64,000 bases of DNA. Origin: Planctomycetota bacterium (lineage in GTDB: Bacteria > Planctomycetota > UBA11346). Shown one piece after another: positions 28,895 through 39,174 of the stretch. Numbering within the stretch: the first letter of the stretch is position 1; each line of letters begins with the position of its first letter. Under the pieces are notes generated by a model that saw nothing but the letters and a program-made list of their open reading frames with translations, made no database searches and was not told where the DNA came from. The DNA lies in assembly GCA_038231435.1 (NCBI GenBank), contig JBBRLJ010000025.1, forward strand, positions 1-64,000, written 5' to 3'. Position numbers and translations under genes: made by a program.

Positions 28895-30025
28895 CTAGTG
28901 GGTGTCAGCCCCTTTCGCCAACCGGCACAACAGCTCCGCCCCCTGCTTCAGTTTGTCGTCCGGCACCGTGTAGCAGATCCTGAAGTGCGTGTTGCGCTCG
29001 CTGAACACGCTGCCGGGGATGATCAGACAGTTGTTGGCGATCGCCTTGTCGACGAACTGGTCGCCCGTCATGCCCGTCGGCGCCTTCGCCCACAGGTAGA
29101 ATGCGCCGTCGGGCGAGCCGATCTCGAAGGTCGGGCGCAGGATCGAGAGCATCAGGTCGCGCTTGTGGCGGTACGAATCCAGGTTCGCGGTGTTGTCGAC
29201 CTGCGGACAGGCGAGCGCCGCCCACTGCACCACCGACGGGGCGCATACGAAGCTGTACTGCTGCACTTTCGTCATCGCCGAGATGATCTCGGCCGGGCCG
29301 CAGGCGTAGCCGAGGCGCCAGCCGGTCATGGCGAAGGTCTTGCTGTGGCCGACCAGCACCACGGTGTTGTCGTAGACCTCGGCCATCGAGGTCATCGGCG
29401 CGTAGGCGAAGAGCCGGTAGATCTCGTCGGAGATGACGGTGATGCCGTGCTTGCCGCAGACCTTGGCAATGCCCTCGAGCTCGGCCTTGGGCAGGATGCG
29501 CCCGGTCGGGTTCGCCGGCGAATTCACCAGCAGCAGCTTGGTCTTGGGCGTGATCAGCTTCTCGAGCCGCGCCGGATCGATGCCGAAGCCGCTGTCGTAG
29601 GTGTCCAGGTACACCGGCTTGCCGCCGAACAGGTTGACCAGGTGCTTGTACATCACGAAATAGGGATCGGGGATGATCACCTCGTCGCCGTCGTCGACGA
29701 GCGCCAGCAGCGCCAGGAACAATCCGCCCGAGACCCCGCTGGTGATCAGCACCTGGTCTGCCGCGTACGCGCGCTTGGTGAAAGCCTGCTCGTCGCGCAC
29801 CAGCAGCTCGCGCAGCTCGGGGATGCCCTGGGTCTGGGTATACGAGTTGCGGTTCTCCGAGATCGCGGCGATGGCCGCGGCCTTGACCTTGCCGTCGACC
29901 GGGAAATCCGGTTGGCCGATCGACAGGTTGATCGGATCCTTCAGGCTGCGCGCGAGATCGAAGATGCGGCGGATGCCGCTCGAATCGATGCGCGACACCC
30001 GGGCTGCGAGACGTGGCTTGCTCAT
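28895..30025 (-). CDS. PLP-dependent class I/II aminotransferase
   Basis: NLSIGQPDF, NSPANPTG, SDEIY, SKTFAMTGWRLG. Confidence 0.92.
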   Translation of the reverse strand: MSKPRLAARVSRIDSSGIRRIFDLARSLKDPINLSIGQPDFPVDGKVKAAAIAAISENRNSYTQTQGIPELRELLVRDEQAFTKRAYAADQVLITSGVSGGLFLALLALVDDGDEVIIPDPYFVMYKHLVNLFGGKPVYLDTYDSGFGIDPARLEKLITPKTKLLLVNSPANPTGRILPKAELEGIAKVCGKHGITVISDEIYRLFAYAPMTSMAEVYDNTVVLVGHSKTFAMTGWRLGYACGPAEIISAMTKVQQYSFVCAPSVVQWAALACPQVDNTANLDSYRHKRDLMLSILRPTFEIGSPDGAFYLWAKAPTGMTGDQFVDKAIANNCLIIPGSVFSERNTHFRICYTVPDDKLKQGAELLCRLAKGADTH

Positions 30026-30094
30026 GGCGCGGAAGTCTGCGACTGGGAAGGCCGAGGCAATCCGTCGTCAGGTGGAGACCACCGATCGGACCGG

Positions 30095-30520
30095 TCAGCG
30101 GTTCTTGACCAGCACCAGGCGGTTCTTGAGACCGGCCTCGTAGCGGTAGTCGACCACGTCCATGATCTTGCGCATCAGGAACACACCCAGCCCGCCGGAC
30201 TTGCCGGTGGCGGCATGCTCGACGATGTCGACATCGCTGAGCACGCTCGGATCGAAGGTGACGCCGTTGTCGGCGATCTCGATGCGGAAGCGGTCGTGCG
30301 ACACGTCGAGGGTGATCCAGATCGAGCCCTTGCCGCGCTGCTGCCCGGCGTAGCCGTGCTCGACGATGTTGGTGACCGCTTCGTCCACCGCGATCTGCAG
30401 GCGATTGACGTACTGCGTGGGGAAGGTCCCCTCGCGCACGCCGCGGCTGACCAGCTCGCGCACCTGCGACAGGTAGGCGAGATCGTTGGAGATGGTGAGC
30501 TCGTGATGGAAGTCCGGCAC
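30095..30520 (-). CDS. RsbW-like anti-sigma factor/ATP-binding protein
   Basis: LQIAVDEAVTNIVEHGY, I.D.G..FD, GGLGVFLMRK.MD.V.Y; GTG start. Confidence 0.85.
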   Translation of the reverse strand: MPDFHHELTISNDLAYLSQVRELVSRGVREGTFPTQYVNRLQIAVDEAVTNIVEHGYAGQQRGKGSIWITLDVSHDRFRIEIADNGVTFDPSVLSDVDIVEHAATGKSGGLGVFLMRKIMDVVDYRYEAGLKNRLVLVKNR

Positions 30521-30525
30521 GGGCC

Positions 30526-32412
30526 TCAGGCCTTCCGGACCGCGATCAGGGTCAGGTCGTCGGACTGCTCGGCTTCGCCGCGGTGCTTGGCGATGGCGTT
30601 GACCAGGCGGTCGATCAGCGAGCGCGCATCGAAGTGCCCGCACTGGCCGACCAGCTCGTAGAAGCGCTCGTCGCCGAACTCCTGGTTCTCGGCGTTCATG
30701 GCCTCGGGGAAGCCGTCGGTGTAGAGCACGATCGCATCGCCCGGCTGGAGGACAGTGCGGTGCTCCTCGATGGTCTTGTCGAAGATGGGACCTTCGTTGA
30801 AGCCGAGGGCGATGCCCTTGCCGGTGGCGAGTTCGTACGCGCGCTTCGCGGCGCGGTAGATGACCATCGGATTGTGGCCCGCTGACGCGTAGGTGAGGTT
30901 GCCGGTGCGCTCGTCGAGGATCGCGTAGAACGAGGTGACGAACATGCCGCGCTTGATCTGCTTCGCGATCAGGCGGTTGGTCTCCTTCAGCGTCTCGGCC
31001 GCGTGGCTCTGGTGACGAAGCGCGATCAGCCGCACGATCGTGCGCGTCACCGCCATCACCATCGAGCCGGGGATGCCCTTTCCAGAGACGTCGGCGACGA
31101 TGAAGCCCCACAGGCCGTTGCCGAGCGGGATGAAATCGTAGTAGTCGCCCGAGACCGCCTTGGCGCCCTTGTAGTAGTCCGCGCACTCGAAGCCGGTGAT
31201 CAGCGGCGGCTCCGCCGGCAGCAGCTGCTTCTGGACCTCGCGAGCGATGGAAAGCTCGTATTCGGCCTTCTCTTGCTCGACCAGCGCCGATTGCGCCTCC
31301 TTGAGGTTGGTGGTCATCTTGTTGAATTCGTGAGCGAGCACGCCGATCTCGTCGGAGGAGTGCGGCTTGGTCAGATGGTCGAGATCGCCGCGCGCCACTA
31401 CCTGCATGTCCTTGAGCAGGATCTGCACCGGGCGGGTGATGTTGCCGGCCAGCCAGTTGGCCACGCCGATGACCACGCCGATGGCGAGCAGCACGGCGAA
31501 GGCGATGGCGACGGAGAGGTTGTAGCGGACGTTGTCCACGCCGCTGGCGTCGACATCGACGCGCACGTTCGAATCCGGTCCGAACTTCGGATCGAGCGCC
31601 ACCTTGAAACGGTACACCGGCACGTCGCCGTTCTTGGTCTTCTTGGTGCCAACGAAGACCTTGATGTTGTCAGGCAGCAGAATGGTGCTGCCGTTCTTCG
31701 GGATGAACAATTCAGGGAAGCGGTTGCCCATCGGCGTGCCCGAGGTCTCCTGCGGGCCATAACCGAGATTGCTCAATTCGGTGAAGCGGTCGCCATGGAT
31801 GTCGAACGCGACCGCGAGGATGTCGCTGGGCTCGCCGTTGACGCCTTCCCAGGTCACCGCGCTCTTGAGGTAGTTCTCGACCGACTTGAGGATCTCCTTC
31901 CTCTTCTTCTGGAACATGTCGGTGTTCTTGTCGTCGGTGGCGACCAGGCTGTCGAGGATCTTGAGCTGATCCGCCACCGCGCTGGCGACCTGGGTCGCCA
32001 TCTTCGCGACCTCGATGCCGTCATGCTGCTTCTGGCTGAACAGGTACCGGCTCGCCTTCGTCGACATGGTCAAGCCGAGCACGACCATCGCGGCGCCGGT
32101 GACGAGCGAGAGCACGAGCATGAACTTTGCGCGCAGGCCCATGCCGCGTGGACGCCGGCTGCCGGCGCCCTTCACCGCGGTCAGGTTGCTGCGTGTGGCG
32201 CTGACCTCGCCGCCGCCTTTGCTGCCACCCTGGCGATCACTGACCGTGCGCCGGCCCGGGCTGGCGGTGACCGACCGCCCTGGGGTGGTGGCGGTGGCGG
32301 CGCGGGTGGTGGTGGCGGCGCGACCAGGCGTGGTGGATCCGGGTAGGCGGGTGCGGTCGGACACCCCACGCTTGTTCACGGAACCACTGTCCCGCCTGGT
32401 TGGCTTCGCCAT
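30526..32412 (-). CDS. Membrane sensor with HAMP and SpoIIE/PP2C phosphatase domains (RsbU-like)
   Basis: Two TM helices, DEIG.LA..FN.M, SGDYYD, ADVSGKG, SAGH.P, YTDG, SDDLT. Confidence 0.9.
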   Translation of the reverse strand: MAKPTRRDSGSVNKRGVSDRTRLPGSTTPGRAATTTRAATATTPGRSVTASPGRRTVSDRQGGSKGGGEVSATRSNLTAVKGAGSRRPRGMGLRAKFMLVLSLVTGAAMVVLGLTMSTKASRYLFSQKQHDGIEVAKMATQVASAVADQLKILDSLVATDDKNTDMFQKKRKEILKSVENYLKSAVTWEGVNGEPSDILAVAFDIHGDRFTELSNLGYGPQETSGTPMGNRFPELFIPKNGSTILLPDNIKVFVGTKKTKNGDVPVYRFKVALDPKFGPDSNVRVDVDASGVDNVRYNLSVAIAFAVLLAIGVVIGVANWLAGNITRPVQILLKDMQVVARGDLDHLTKPHSSDEIGVLAHEFNKMTTNLKEAQSALVEQEKAEYELSIAREVQKQLLPAEPPLITGFECADYYKGAKAVSGDYYDFIPLGNGLWGFIVADVSGKGIPGSMVMAVTRTIVRLIALRHQSHAAETLKETNRLIAKQIKRGMFVTSFYAILDERTGNLTYASAGHNPMVIYRAAKRAYELATGKGIALGFNEGPIFDKTIEEHRTVLQPGDAIVLYTDGFPEAMNAENQEFGDERFYELVGQCGHFDARSLIDRLVNAIAKHRGEAEQSDDLTLIAVRKA

Positions 32413-32423
32413 GGAGTCTCCGG

Positions 32424-32906
32424 CTAGTGCAGAGCCGCTGCGGTGAGCATTCCGGCCAGGAGGCCAGCCGCAAGATCGTCGGCCAGGATGCCCAGTGCCC
32501 CCGGCAGATGCTCCAACCAACTGAGTGGCCAAGGCTTGGCAATGTCAAACACTCGGAACAGCCCGAACCCGAGTGCCAGGCACAGCACTGGTTGGGCAAG
32601 CAGCTGCGAGGGCGGCAGCACGGCCAGGGCGAGCCACGCGCCAGCCACCTCGTCGATCACCACCTGCTTGGGGTCTCCGACCCCGAAATGACGGATCGCG
32701 GCGCCACAGGTCAGCAGCCCGGCGAGGATCGCGACCACAACCCCGATCCACAGCCCGGGCCACACCATCGCCTCAGGCGCCAGATGGATCCAGGCTGCCG
32801 CGACCAGCGTCGCGCCCAGGGTGCCCCAGGTACCAGGAGCAGGTCTCAGGTGGCCCAGGCCGAATGCCGTGGCGACGAGCACGCCCGAACGGCTGGCCAC
32901 GGTCAT
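32424..32906 (-). CDS. pgpA: Phosphatidylglycerophosphatase A
   Basis: APGTWGT, DP..VVIDEVAG, FR.FDI.KPWP, GI..DDL.AG. Confidence 0.92.
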   Translation of the reverse strand: MTVASRSGVLVATAFGLGHLRPAPGTWGTLGATLVAAAWIHLAPEAMVWPGLWIGVVVAILAGLLTCGAAIRHFGVGDPKQVVIDEVAGAWLALAVLPPSQLLAQPVLCLALGFGLFRVFDIAKPWPLSWLEHLPGALGILADDLAAGLLAGMLTAAALH

Positions 32907-32927
32907 GTCGATCGCTCGGCCAGGGCT

Positions 32928-33212
32928 TCAGGCGTCGACGTCGAGCTCGCCGAAGCGGCCCTCGACCAGGTCCGCCAAGGCCTTGACCGCAGCTTTCGCG
33001 TCATCGCCAGTGGCGGTGATGGTCAGCTGCGAACCACACTCGGCGGCGAGCATCAGCAGCTCGAGCACGCTCTTGGCGTCGACGACCATGTCGTCTTTGG
33101 CGATCTGCACGTCCGAGGCGAAGCGACTCGCCGTCGTGGCTATCTGCGTCGACGGACGGGCGTGGAGGCCCATCTTGTTCGTCAACACCACCTTGGCCTC
33201 GGCCTGTGCCAT
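32928..33212 (-). CDS. ptsH: HPr phosphocarrier protein
   Basis: N..GLHARP, VDAKSVL. Confidence 0.92.
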   Translation of the reverse strand: MAQAEAKVVLTNKMGLHARPSTQIATTASRFASDVQIAKDDMVVDAKSVLELLMLAAECGSQLTITATGDDAKAAVKALADLVEGRFGELDVDA

Positions 33213-33329
33213 GCCCATCCTTCTATGCGCCGGCTCGGCGCCAGGGCTGGAGGTTGTAGCGGCGATGGCGTGGGATGCAAACCGGGCGCGACCCGGGGCC
33301 CGGGGGCCGGTGCAGCCGGTCGATCGGAC

Positions 33330-34088
33330 TCACTCGCCGCGGTACAGCCGCTCGGCGAAGCGCTGGTCCAGGGGCTCGACCTCCTTGAAGCGCGCGGCGG
33401 TGTCGTCGATGCTGTAAGTGACGCGACGCCAATAGACCGCGTCGCCAGAGAAGAGCGCATAACAGGCCCGCGGATCGTGGTCGCGGGGCTGGCCGACCGA
33501 GCCGATGTTGACCAGGTAGCGGCCATCCGAGATGTCGAAGCCATCGGGGAGATCGGCCGCAGGCAGGAAGCAGCGGTCCTCGGTGAAGACCCCTGGACGG
33601 TGGGTATGGCCGACGAAGCACAGGCGCTTGAAGCCGGCGAAGATCTGCTCCATCTTCTCGGAATCGGAGCCTTCCCAGAGGTCGCTCTCGAGCACGTATT
33701 CCATGACCGGGTCGCGCGGCGAGCCGTGTACCAGCAGGATCTCGCCGATCTCCTGCTTGAGCGGCAGGTTCTCGAGCAACTGCCAGAGCGCCTTGCGCCG
33801 CGCCGAGGGCGAGACCTTCTGCAGCGCCTCGCGGGTCCAGTCGATCGCGCGTTTCGCCGCCGAGTGGAAGCCGAAGGCGCCAAAGAGCACCGCGTGCTCG
33901 TGGTTGCCCATGAGGATGAGCTTGCATCGCGACGCCACCAGATCGAGGCACTCGACCGGTTGCGGGCCGTAGCCGATCACGTCACCCAGGCAGTAGATCT
34001 TCTCGACCTTGCCCGTCGAGTCGATGTCCTTGAGCACGGCGGTGAGCGCCGGCAGGTTCGCATGGATGTCTGAGATGAAGGCGATCAT
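33330..34088 (-). CDS. Metallophosphoesterase (calcineurin-like)
   Basis: SDIH.N, LGD.IGYG, GNHE, HGSP, GHTH, N.GSVGQPRD. Confidence 0.9.
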   Translation of the reverse strand: MIAFISDIHANLPALTAVLKDIDSTGKVEKIYCLGDVIGYGPQPVECLDLVASRCKLILMGNHEHAVLFGAFGFHSAAKRAIDWTREALQKVSPSARRKALWQLLENLPLKQEIGEILLVHGSPRDPVMEYVLESDLWEGSDSEKMEQIFAGFKRLCFVGHTHRPGVFTEDRCFLPAADLPDGFDISDGRYLVNIGSVGQPRDHDPRACYALFSGDAVYWRRVTYSIDDTAARFKEVEPLDQRFAERLYRGE

Positions 34089-34231
34089 GGCGTGATGGGG
34101 CGGGAATCGTGGACCGGTGGCGGGTGCTGTCCAGGCCGGAGTGCCAGATCGACGAACTGCCGGCTAGCAGGTTGTCGCAGCGGTAGGGGCGACGACGCGG
34201 TCAAGGTGCCCTCGGCCTGGGGAGAGGCCTG

Positions 34232-35368
34232 CTAGACCGTCCGAGAGATGCGGGTGTCCGAGATCCGGCGGTAGGCCGTGCTGCCCTCGGCCTTGGCGCT
34301 CGAGTTGCGCGTCCCGCCGATGGCGACGCGGTAGAGTTCGACCATGGCCTGGCCGACCAGCGCGAGATCGTAGCGCTCGGCCGCCAAGACCCGTCCGGCC
34401 TCGCCGAGCATGCGCCGGCGTTCCGGATCGGTGAGTTGGATCAGCGCTGCCGCGAGCGCCTCGGGCAGGTTCGGGGGCACCAGCAACGCGGTCTGGCCAT
34501 CGCGCACCAATTCGGGCATGCCGCCCACCGCCAGGGCCAGCACCGGGCGGGCGCAAGCCATCGCCTCGAGCATAGGCACCGAGACGTGGTCGTCAGTCCC
34601 GGTATCGGCGAACACGTCGATGCGCGCAGTGAATTCCGCCGATGACGATGGCCCGACGTCGGTCAGGGGGATGGCGCGATCGGGGAGCAGATCGGCGACC
34701 AGTTCGATGAACCGCGTCGCATCCGCCGGCGACGAGGGACGGTACAGTCCGCGCACCTGATGCGTCGCCTCGACCTGTTTCAAAGCTGCGACCAGGCCCT
34801 GGATGCCGGAGGTGTGATCGCAGGGCCCGGTGAACCCCACGATCGTGCAGCCGTCGGCAGTCCGGTACGGGATCGTGCCGGCCGCCGTGACATCGATTCC
34901 TGGCGGTAGGAAACTGACGCGATCGCGGCCGAGCCCGACCTTGCCGAGATAATGCGCGCGATGGCTCTCGGTTGGGATCAGCACCCAGGCGACTCTCGGA
35001 TCGCGCAGCAGCCGCGTGGCATGGGCATCCTCGCGGCCAGTCACGCTGACCACCACCGGCAAGCCGACCCGCCTGGCGAAATCGAGCGCCGCCTGCAATG
35101 CGTCGACGTCATGGACGTGGATGATGTCGGGTGTCCAGTCGGCCATGCGCTTGGCAGCGTCCGAGCGCGCACCGAACAGCGAAGCCACCAAGCCCGCACC
35201 GTAGGTGATCACCTCGGTCCCCGGGATGGACGGGGCCGATCCGGTGGCGGGTACGGCGAGGGCGGCGGCATGCCCGTTGCGGGCGAGCCAGCCGATGAGC
35301 GCGCGCGGCGCATCGTCGGCCAGGCCGCGATCGTCTCCCATCACGTGCAGGACCCGCAAGGGGATCAT
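34232..35368 (-). CDS. Glycosyltransferase family 4
   Basis: PDIIHVH; LEAMA..RPV....GG..ELV.DG. Confidence 0.8.
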   Translation of the reverse strand: MIPLRVLHVMGDDRGLADDAPRALIGWLARNGHAAALAVPATGSAPSIPGTEVITYGAGLVASLFGARSDAAKRMADWTPDIIHVHDVDALQAALDFARRVGLPVVVSVTGREDAHATRLLRDPRVAWVLIPTESHRAHYLGKVGLGRDRVSFLPPGIDVTAAGTIPYRTADGCTIVGFTGPCDHTSGIQGLVAALKQVEATHQVRGLYRPSSPADATRFIELVADLLPDRAIPLTDVGPSSSAEFTARIDVFADTGTDDHVSVPMLEAMACARPVLALAVGGMPELVRDGQTALLVPPNLPEALAAALIQLTDPERRRMLGEAGRVLAAERYDLALVGQAMVELYRVAIGGTRNSSAKAEGSTAYRRISDTRISRTV

Positions 35369-35571
35369 CGGGGATCGAGGTCCGCGTCATCGGCGTACGG
35401 ATCATTCTCGGACGACAGCGTCCGCCCGGCGATGGTGTAGCCGCCGTCGATCCAGCGCCCGAAATCCCGATTACGGCAGCGGTTCGAGCAGAAGGGGTAG
35501 CCCTCTGGCTTACGGCCGTCGGCGAGCGGCAGATTCTTCCCGCACGTCGGGCAGGCCTGTGTCTCGGGCAT
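35365..35571 (-). CDS. yacG: DNA gyrase inhibitor YacG
   Basis: CPTCGK...PFCS.RC...D.G.W. Confidence 0.9.
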   Translation of the reverse strand: MPETQACPTCGKNLPLADGRKPEGYPFCSNRCRNRDFGRWIDGGYTIAGRTLSSENDPYADDADLDPR

Positions 35572-35687
35572 CCTTCCAGTGTCGCACGATCCCTCCCAGG
35601 GCAAGGAGTCGATGCGTAAGCATGCCCCGCAGAGGCTGCCGGGACTTGGGCGATGACGCGGCAAAGGCCCTGGCTACGCTGCCGTTG

Positions 35688-37112
35688 ATGCGCCTGGGGA
35701 CCTGGTTGCCGATCGCCGCTCCGGTCTCAGCGATACTCGTCGCGATACTCGCCGGGGCATCGCCCACCTGCCTCGGTTCCGACCTATCAGTCCGTCTCGA
35801 CAAGGCATTGCAAAGCATCCCCGAGGGCGGCGAAGCCGGCGTGGCGGTCTATGATTTGGGTGCGGACAGCTGGCTGTACCTGTCCAACTCCAGCCAGCCC
35901 CTGTCCCTGGCATCGACCACCAAGCTGCTGGTCAGTGCTGCCGCCTACCACGAGCTGGGTCCACGCTTCCAGTTCATCACGCGCATGGCCGCGCTCGGCC
36001 CCCTGAAGGCCGGCAGCCTGCCGGGTATCGGCATCGTCGGCGGCGGCGATCCCTGCTTCGATGGCCATTTCTACGACGACGACCCGGACCAGGCTTTCCT
36101 GCAATGGGCGAACCACTGCAAGGACATAGGCGTCACGCGCATCGACGGCGATGTGGTCGTCGACAACCACCTCTTCGCGGGCCCGATCCGTCCCGCGACC
36201 TATCCGCAGGACGCCGAGAACCTGCAGCGCTGGTACAGCGCACCCGCGAGCGCATTCGCGTGGAACGACAACTGCATCGAGGTGCGGATCCTGCCCACCG
36301 TCTCCGGCCATCCCGCCGATGTGCAGACCCGCCCGCAGTGCGGCCTGGTGCCAGTACGCAACCTCACCCGCACGGTCACCGGAAAAGGCGACAGCCACAC
36401 CTCGATCACCCGCGACATCGCCGCCAACACCGTCACCGTCTCGGGCACCTGCGCGAAGCCCGGTGCCTGGTTCCCGTTGGCGATCGCCACCGATCCGGAC
36501 CTGCTCGCCGGCGAGCACCTGAAGCATCTCTTCGAGCAGGCCGGGATCGCCATCAGCGGCTCGGTCAGACTGGGGGCGGTCGACCTCAATGCCGGTCCGC
36601 TGCTGGTCGATCTCCACCACGACCTCCAGCCCGCGCTCACGCTGATGAACCAGCACAGTCAGAATTTCTATGCCGAGCAGATGCTGCGCCTGGTGGGCGC
36701 GCACCATGCGGGGGAGGGTTCGATCGACGCCGGACGCAAATCGGTGACCGAGATCCTGACCAAGCTGCTGGGCAAGGACGCCGATTCCATCGCGCTGCTC
36801 GACGGTTCGGGCCTGAGCTACGAGAACCGCGCTTCGGCCTCGACCATGGCGAGGCTGCTCATCGCGATGGCGCGCGGGCCGTATGGCGACCTGTTTCCGG
36901 CAACGCTCAAGAGCAAGGACTCCGGCAAGGCGCGCGGCGCGGTGAAGACCGGGACCCACGCCATGGCCTATTGCCTGGTCGGGTACATCGAATTGCCCGG
37001 TGGACGCCGCCTGGTGTTCGCCGAATTGCTCAACCGCGGAACCGCGAAAGACATCGGTTGGGCGAGCAAGCTGCGCGAGACGCTGTTCAAGATCATCTGC
37101 GATGATGGGTGA
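35688..37112 (+). CDS. dacB: D-alanyl-D-alanine carboxypeptidase/endopeptidase (PBP4, peptidase S13)
   Basis: ASTTK, GGGDP, SQNFYAE, DGSGLS..NR, KTGT. Confidence 0.9.
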   Translation: MRLGTWLPIAAPVSAILVAILAGASPTCLGSDLSVRLDKALQSIPEGGEAGVAVYDLGADSWLYLSNSSQPLSLASTTKLLVSAAAYHELGPRFQFITRMAALGPLKAGSLPGIGIVGGGDPCFDGHFYDDDPDQAFLQWANHCKDIGVTRIDGDVVVDNHLFAGPIRPATYPQDAENLQRWYSAPASAFAWNDNCIEVRILPTVSGHPADVQTRPQCGLVPVRNLTRTVTGKGDSHTSITRDIAANTVTVSGTCAKPGAWFPLAIATDPDLLAGEHLKHLFEQAGIAISGSVRLGAVDLNAGPLLVDLHHDLQPALTLMNQHSQNFYAEQMLRLVGAHHAGEGSIDAGRKSVTEILTKLLGKDADSIALLDGSGLSYENRASASTMARLLIAMARGPYGDLFPATLKSKDSGKARGAVKTGTHAMAYCLVGYIELPGGRRLVFAELLNRGTAKDIGWASKLRETLFKIICDDG

Positions 37113-37210
37113 TGGAGAGCAGAAGGGAAAGAAGTAGGGAAGAGGGAAGCGGAGAGCGCAGCGTGTGGCTGAAGTCCCGCTTCGGCTCCATCAATCACCC
37201 TGCACCATGC

Positions 37211-37262
37211 CTCCTGGGGGCAGGCCGGAGGCCGATGTTGGGGGGCCGTAGTCCCCCAACAA
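37211..37262 (-). repeat. REP-like hairpin element, copy 2
   Basis: Minus strand GTTGGGGGACTACGGCCCCCCAACATCGGCCTCCGGCCTGCCCCCAG. Confidence 0.75.
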
Positions 37263-37266
37263 AAAG

Positions 37267-38121
37267 TTAGGCGGGCAGTCCTTTCCTGAACGCGGATGGC
37301 GAGATGCCGGTGTGGGCGCGGAAGCGGGCCGAGAACAGGAAGGGGTCGGCGAATCCGACGGCGTGGGCGACCTCGCTCACCGAGAGCGCGGGGTCGAGCA
37401 GCAGTTCGCGCGCGCGGTCGATGCGTCGGCGCATGCGGTAGCGCGCCGGAGATTGCGCGATGGCGCGTTGGAACAGCTTGCGGAAACGCTCGTAGCCACA
37501 GCCGAGATCGCGCGCCACGAGCCGTGGCGAGAGTGCGCCGTCGAGATCGGCGCCAAGCCGCGCGCAGGCCGCGCGCACCAGTCCGGCATCGCCATCGCTG
37601 GGCCCGGCGAGCGGCGCCAGCAGATCGCCCAGCGTCGCCAGCAGGCGGCCCAGTTCGCGAGGCAGGTCGGCGTCGACGGCTTCACGTAGCGTGGTGATGC
37701 CCGAGCAGACGCGCCCGGCGAGATAGGGATCGAGCCCGCGCTCGACCACCGGCCGCCGCTCGTCGATCAGCCCGGCGGCGATCAGCGCGTCGCACAGTCG
37801 CGGACCCACGGCGACGTAGCATTCGCTCCAGGCGCTCGCGGGATCGATCTCGGTGCTGTGGGCGCGCCCGGGAATGCGTTGGAAGACGCTGCCCGGAGCC
37901 AGCTCCCGATCGATCCCCGCGCCACGGTAGCGCCCGCGCCCACGCAGGACATAGACCGCGGAATAGACCGGCGGGTCGTAATCGCGGTGGTCGACGCGGA
38001 TGCCCGGCTTGTGCAGCAGGCCGTAGCCGGCGAAACCCTCACGCGCGGAGCCGCCGACGGTGCGCCAGGTATGGATCGAACGCGGCCACGAGGCGAGCAG
38101 GCGATTGAGGGGAATGCTCAT
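37267..38121 (-). CDS. AraC family transcriptional regulator
   Basis: VA..VGF.DP..FS..FR...G.SPS.FR. Confidence 0.88.
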   Translation of the reverse strand: MSIPLNRLLASWPRSIHTWRTVGGSAREGFAGYGLLHKPGIRVDHRDYDPPVYSAVYVLRGRGRYRGAGIDRELAPGSVFQRIPGRAHSTEIDPASAWSECYVAVGPRLCDALIAAGLIDERRPVVERGLDPYLAGRVCSGITTLREAVDADLPRELGRLLATLGDLLAPLAGPSDGDAGLVRAACARLGADLDGALSPRLVARDLGCGYERFRKLFQRAIAQSPARYRMRRRIDRARELLLDPALSVSEVAHAVGFADPFLFSARFRAHTGISPSAFRKGLPA

Positions 38122-38205
38122 ACCATTTCACACAGGTTGTCGTCCAGTGCGCTCATGGCAAGCGATGAACAGCGGATATTATCGGTTTTCACGGAGACCA
38201 GAACC

Positions 38206-38979
38206 ATGAGCACCGCCACCGCATCGGCACTTCCAGCATCCTCGGCATTGAGCACCAACCCCGCCCGCTTCGCCGAGGATGGCTACTGCGTCTTCCGCGG
38301 CCTGCTCGAGCCCAGCGAGATCGCCGACTGCCGGACCGCGCTCGACCGCACCATCGCAGAGCGCTCCGACGTGCGTTGGGAAAGGCTGACCGAGCCGCAC
38401 ATCAAGGACGAGTTCTGGCTCCGCCAGTGCTGCCATCCGCGCGTGCTCGACGCGGTCAGTTCGGTGCTCGGCGATGATCTGGTGCTGCTGATGTCGCACC
38501 TGATCGTCAAGCCACCGCGCGACGGCCTGTCGGTCGCCTGGCACCAGGACAACTCCTATTGGGAGTCGGTGGTCGGCACCGACATCGTCACCGTCTGGCT
38601 GGCGATCGACGACGCCGACCGCGACAATGGCTGCATGGAGGTGCTGCCGCGCACCCAAGCGGGACGCCTCGAGCTGCCGATGATCAAGACCGACGGCACG
38701 GATCTGCTCGGCGTGCGCGTCGAGGTCGATCCGGCGGTCGAGGCCTCGCGCCTCTGCATCGAGCTGCGGGCCGGCGACGCCTCGATCCACGACTCGCACA
38801 TCATCCACGGCAGCCGCGCCAATCCCAGCCCCCGCCGCCGCGCCGGCTACACCATGCGCTACGGCAGCGCCAGAACCACCCAGGTCGACGTGGCCAAGCA
38901 CTGGGTCCCGGTGTGGTTGGTGAAGGGCGAGGCGCCGAGTTGGGCGGGATGGAAGGATGGGAGAGGAATCGGGAAGTAG
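38206..38979 (+). CDS. PhyH family Fe(II)/2OG dioxygenase
   Basis: WHQD, VWLAIDD...NGCM, HGS..N.S..RR. Confidence 0.88.
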   Translation: MSTATASALPASSALSTNPARFAEDGYCVFRGLLEPSEIADCRTALDRTIAERSDVRWERLTEPHIKDEFWLRQCCHPRVLDAVSSVLGDDLVLLMSHLIVKPPRDGLSVAWHQDNSYWESVVGTDIVTVWLAIDDADRDNGCMEVLPRTQAGRLELPMIKTDGTDLLGVRVEVDPAVEASRLCIELRAGDASIHDSHIIHGSRANPSPRRRAGYTMRYGSARTTQVDVAKHWVPVWLVKGEAPSWAGWKDGRGIGK

Positions 38980-39104
38980 GCAGGGGACGGCGGAGAAGAT
39001 TGAAGAGAGCGGGAAGAGGGAAGAGGGAAGAGGACCGCGACGGCTCTTATCGAGAGCTGAGAGCTGAGAGTTGGAACCGACTGTCGGTCGCAGCCGGCAA
39101 ACGA

Positions 39105-39134
39105 AGAACCCCACCCGTTGTGAAGGTGGGGTTC
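39105..39134 (-). terminator. Possible intrinsic terminator of the small basic protein gene
   Basis: Stem GAACCCCACC/GGTGGGGTTC with a T-rich tail on the minus strand. Confidence 0.5.
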
Positions 39135-39174
39135 GCTGAGATCGGCTGCCGTCCAGAGGGACCGGCGAGCGTGA

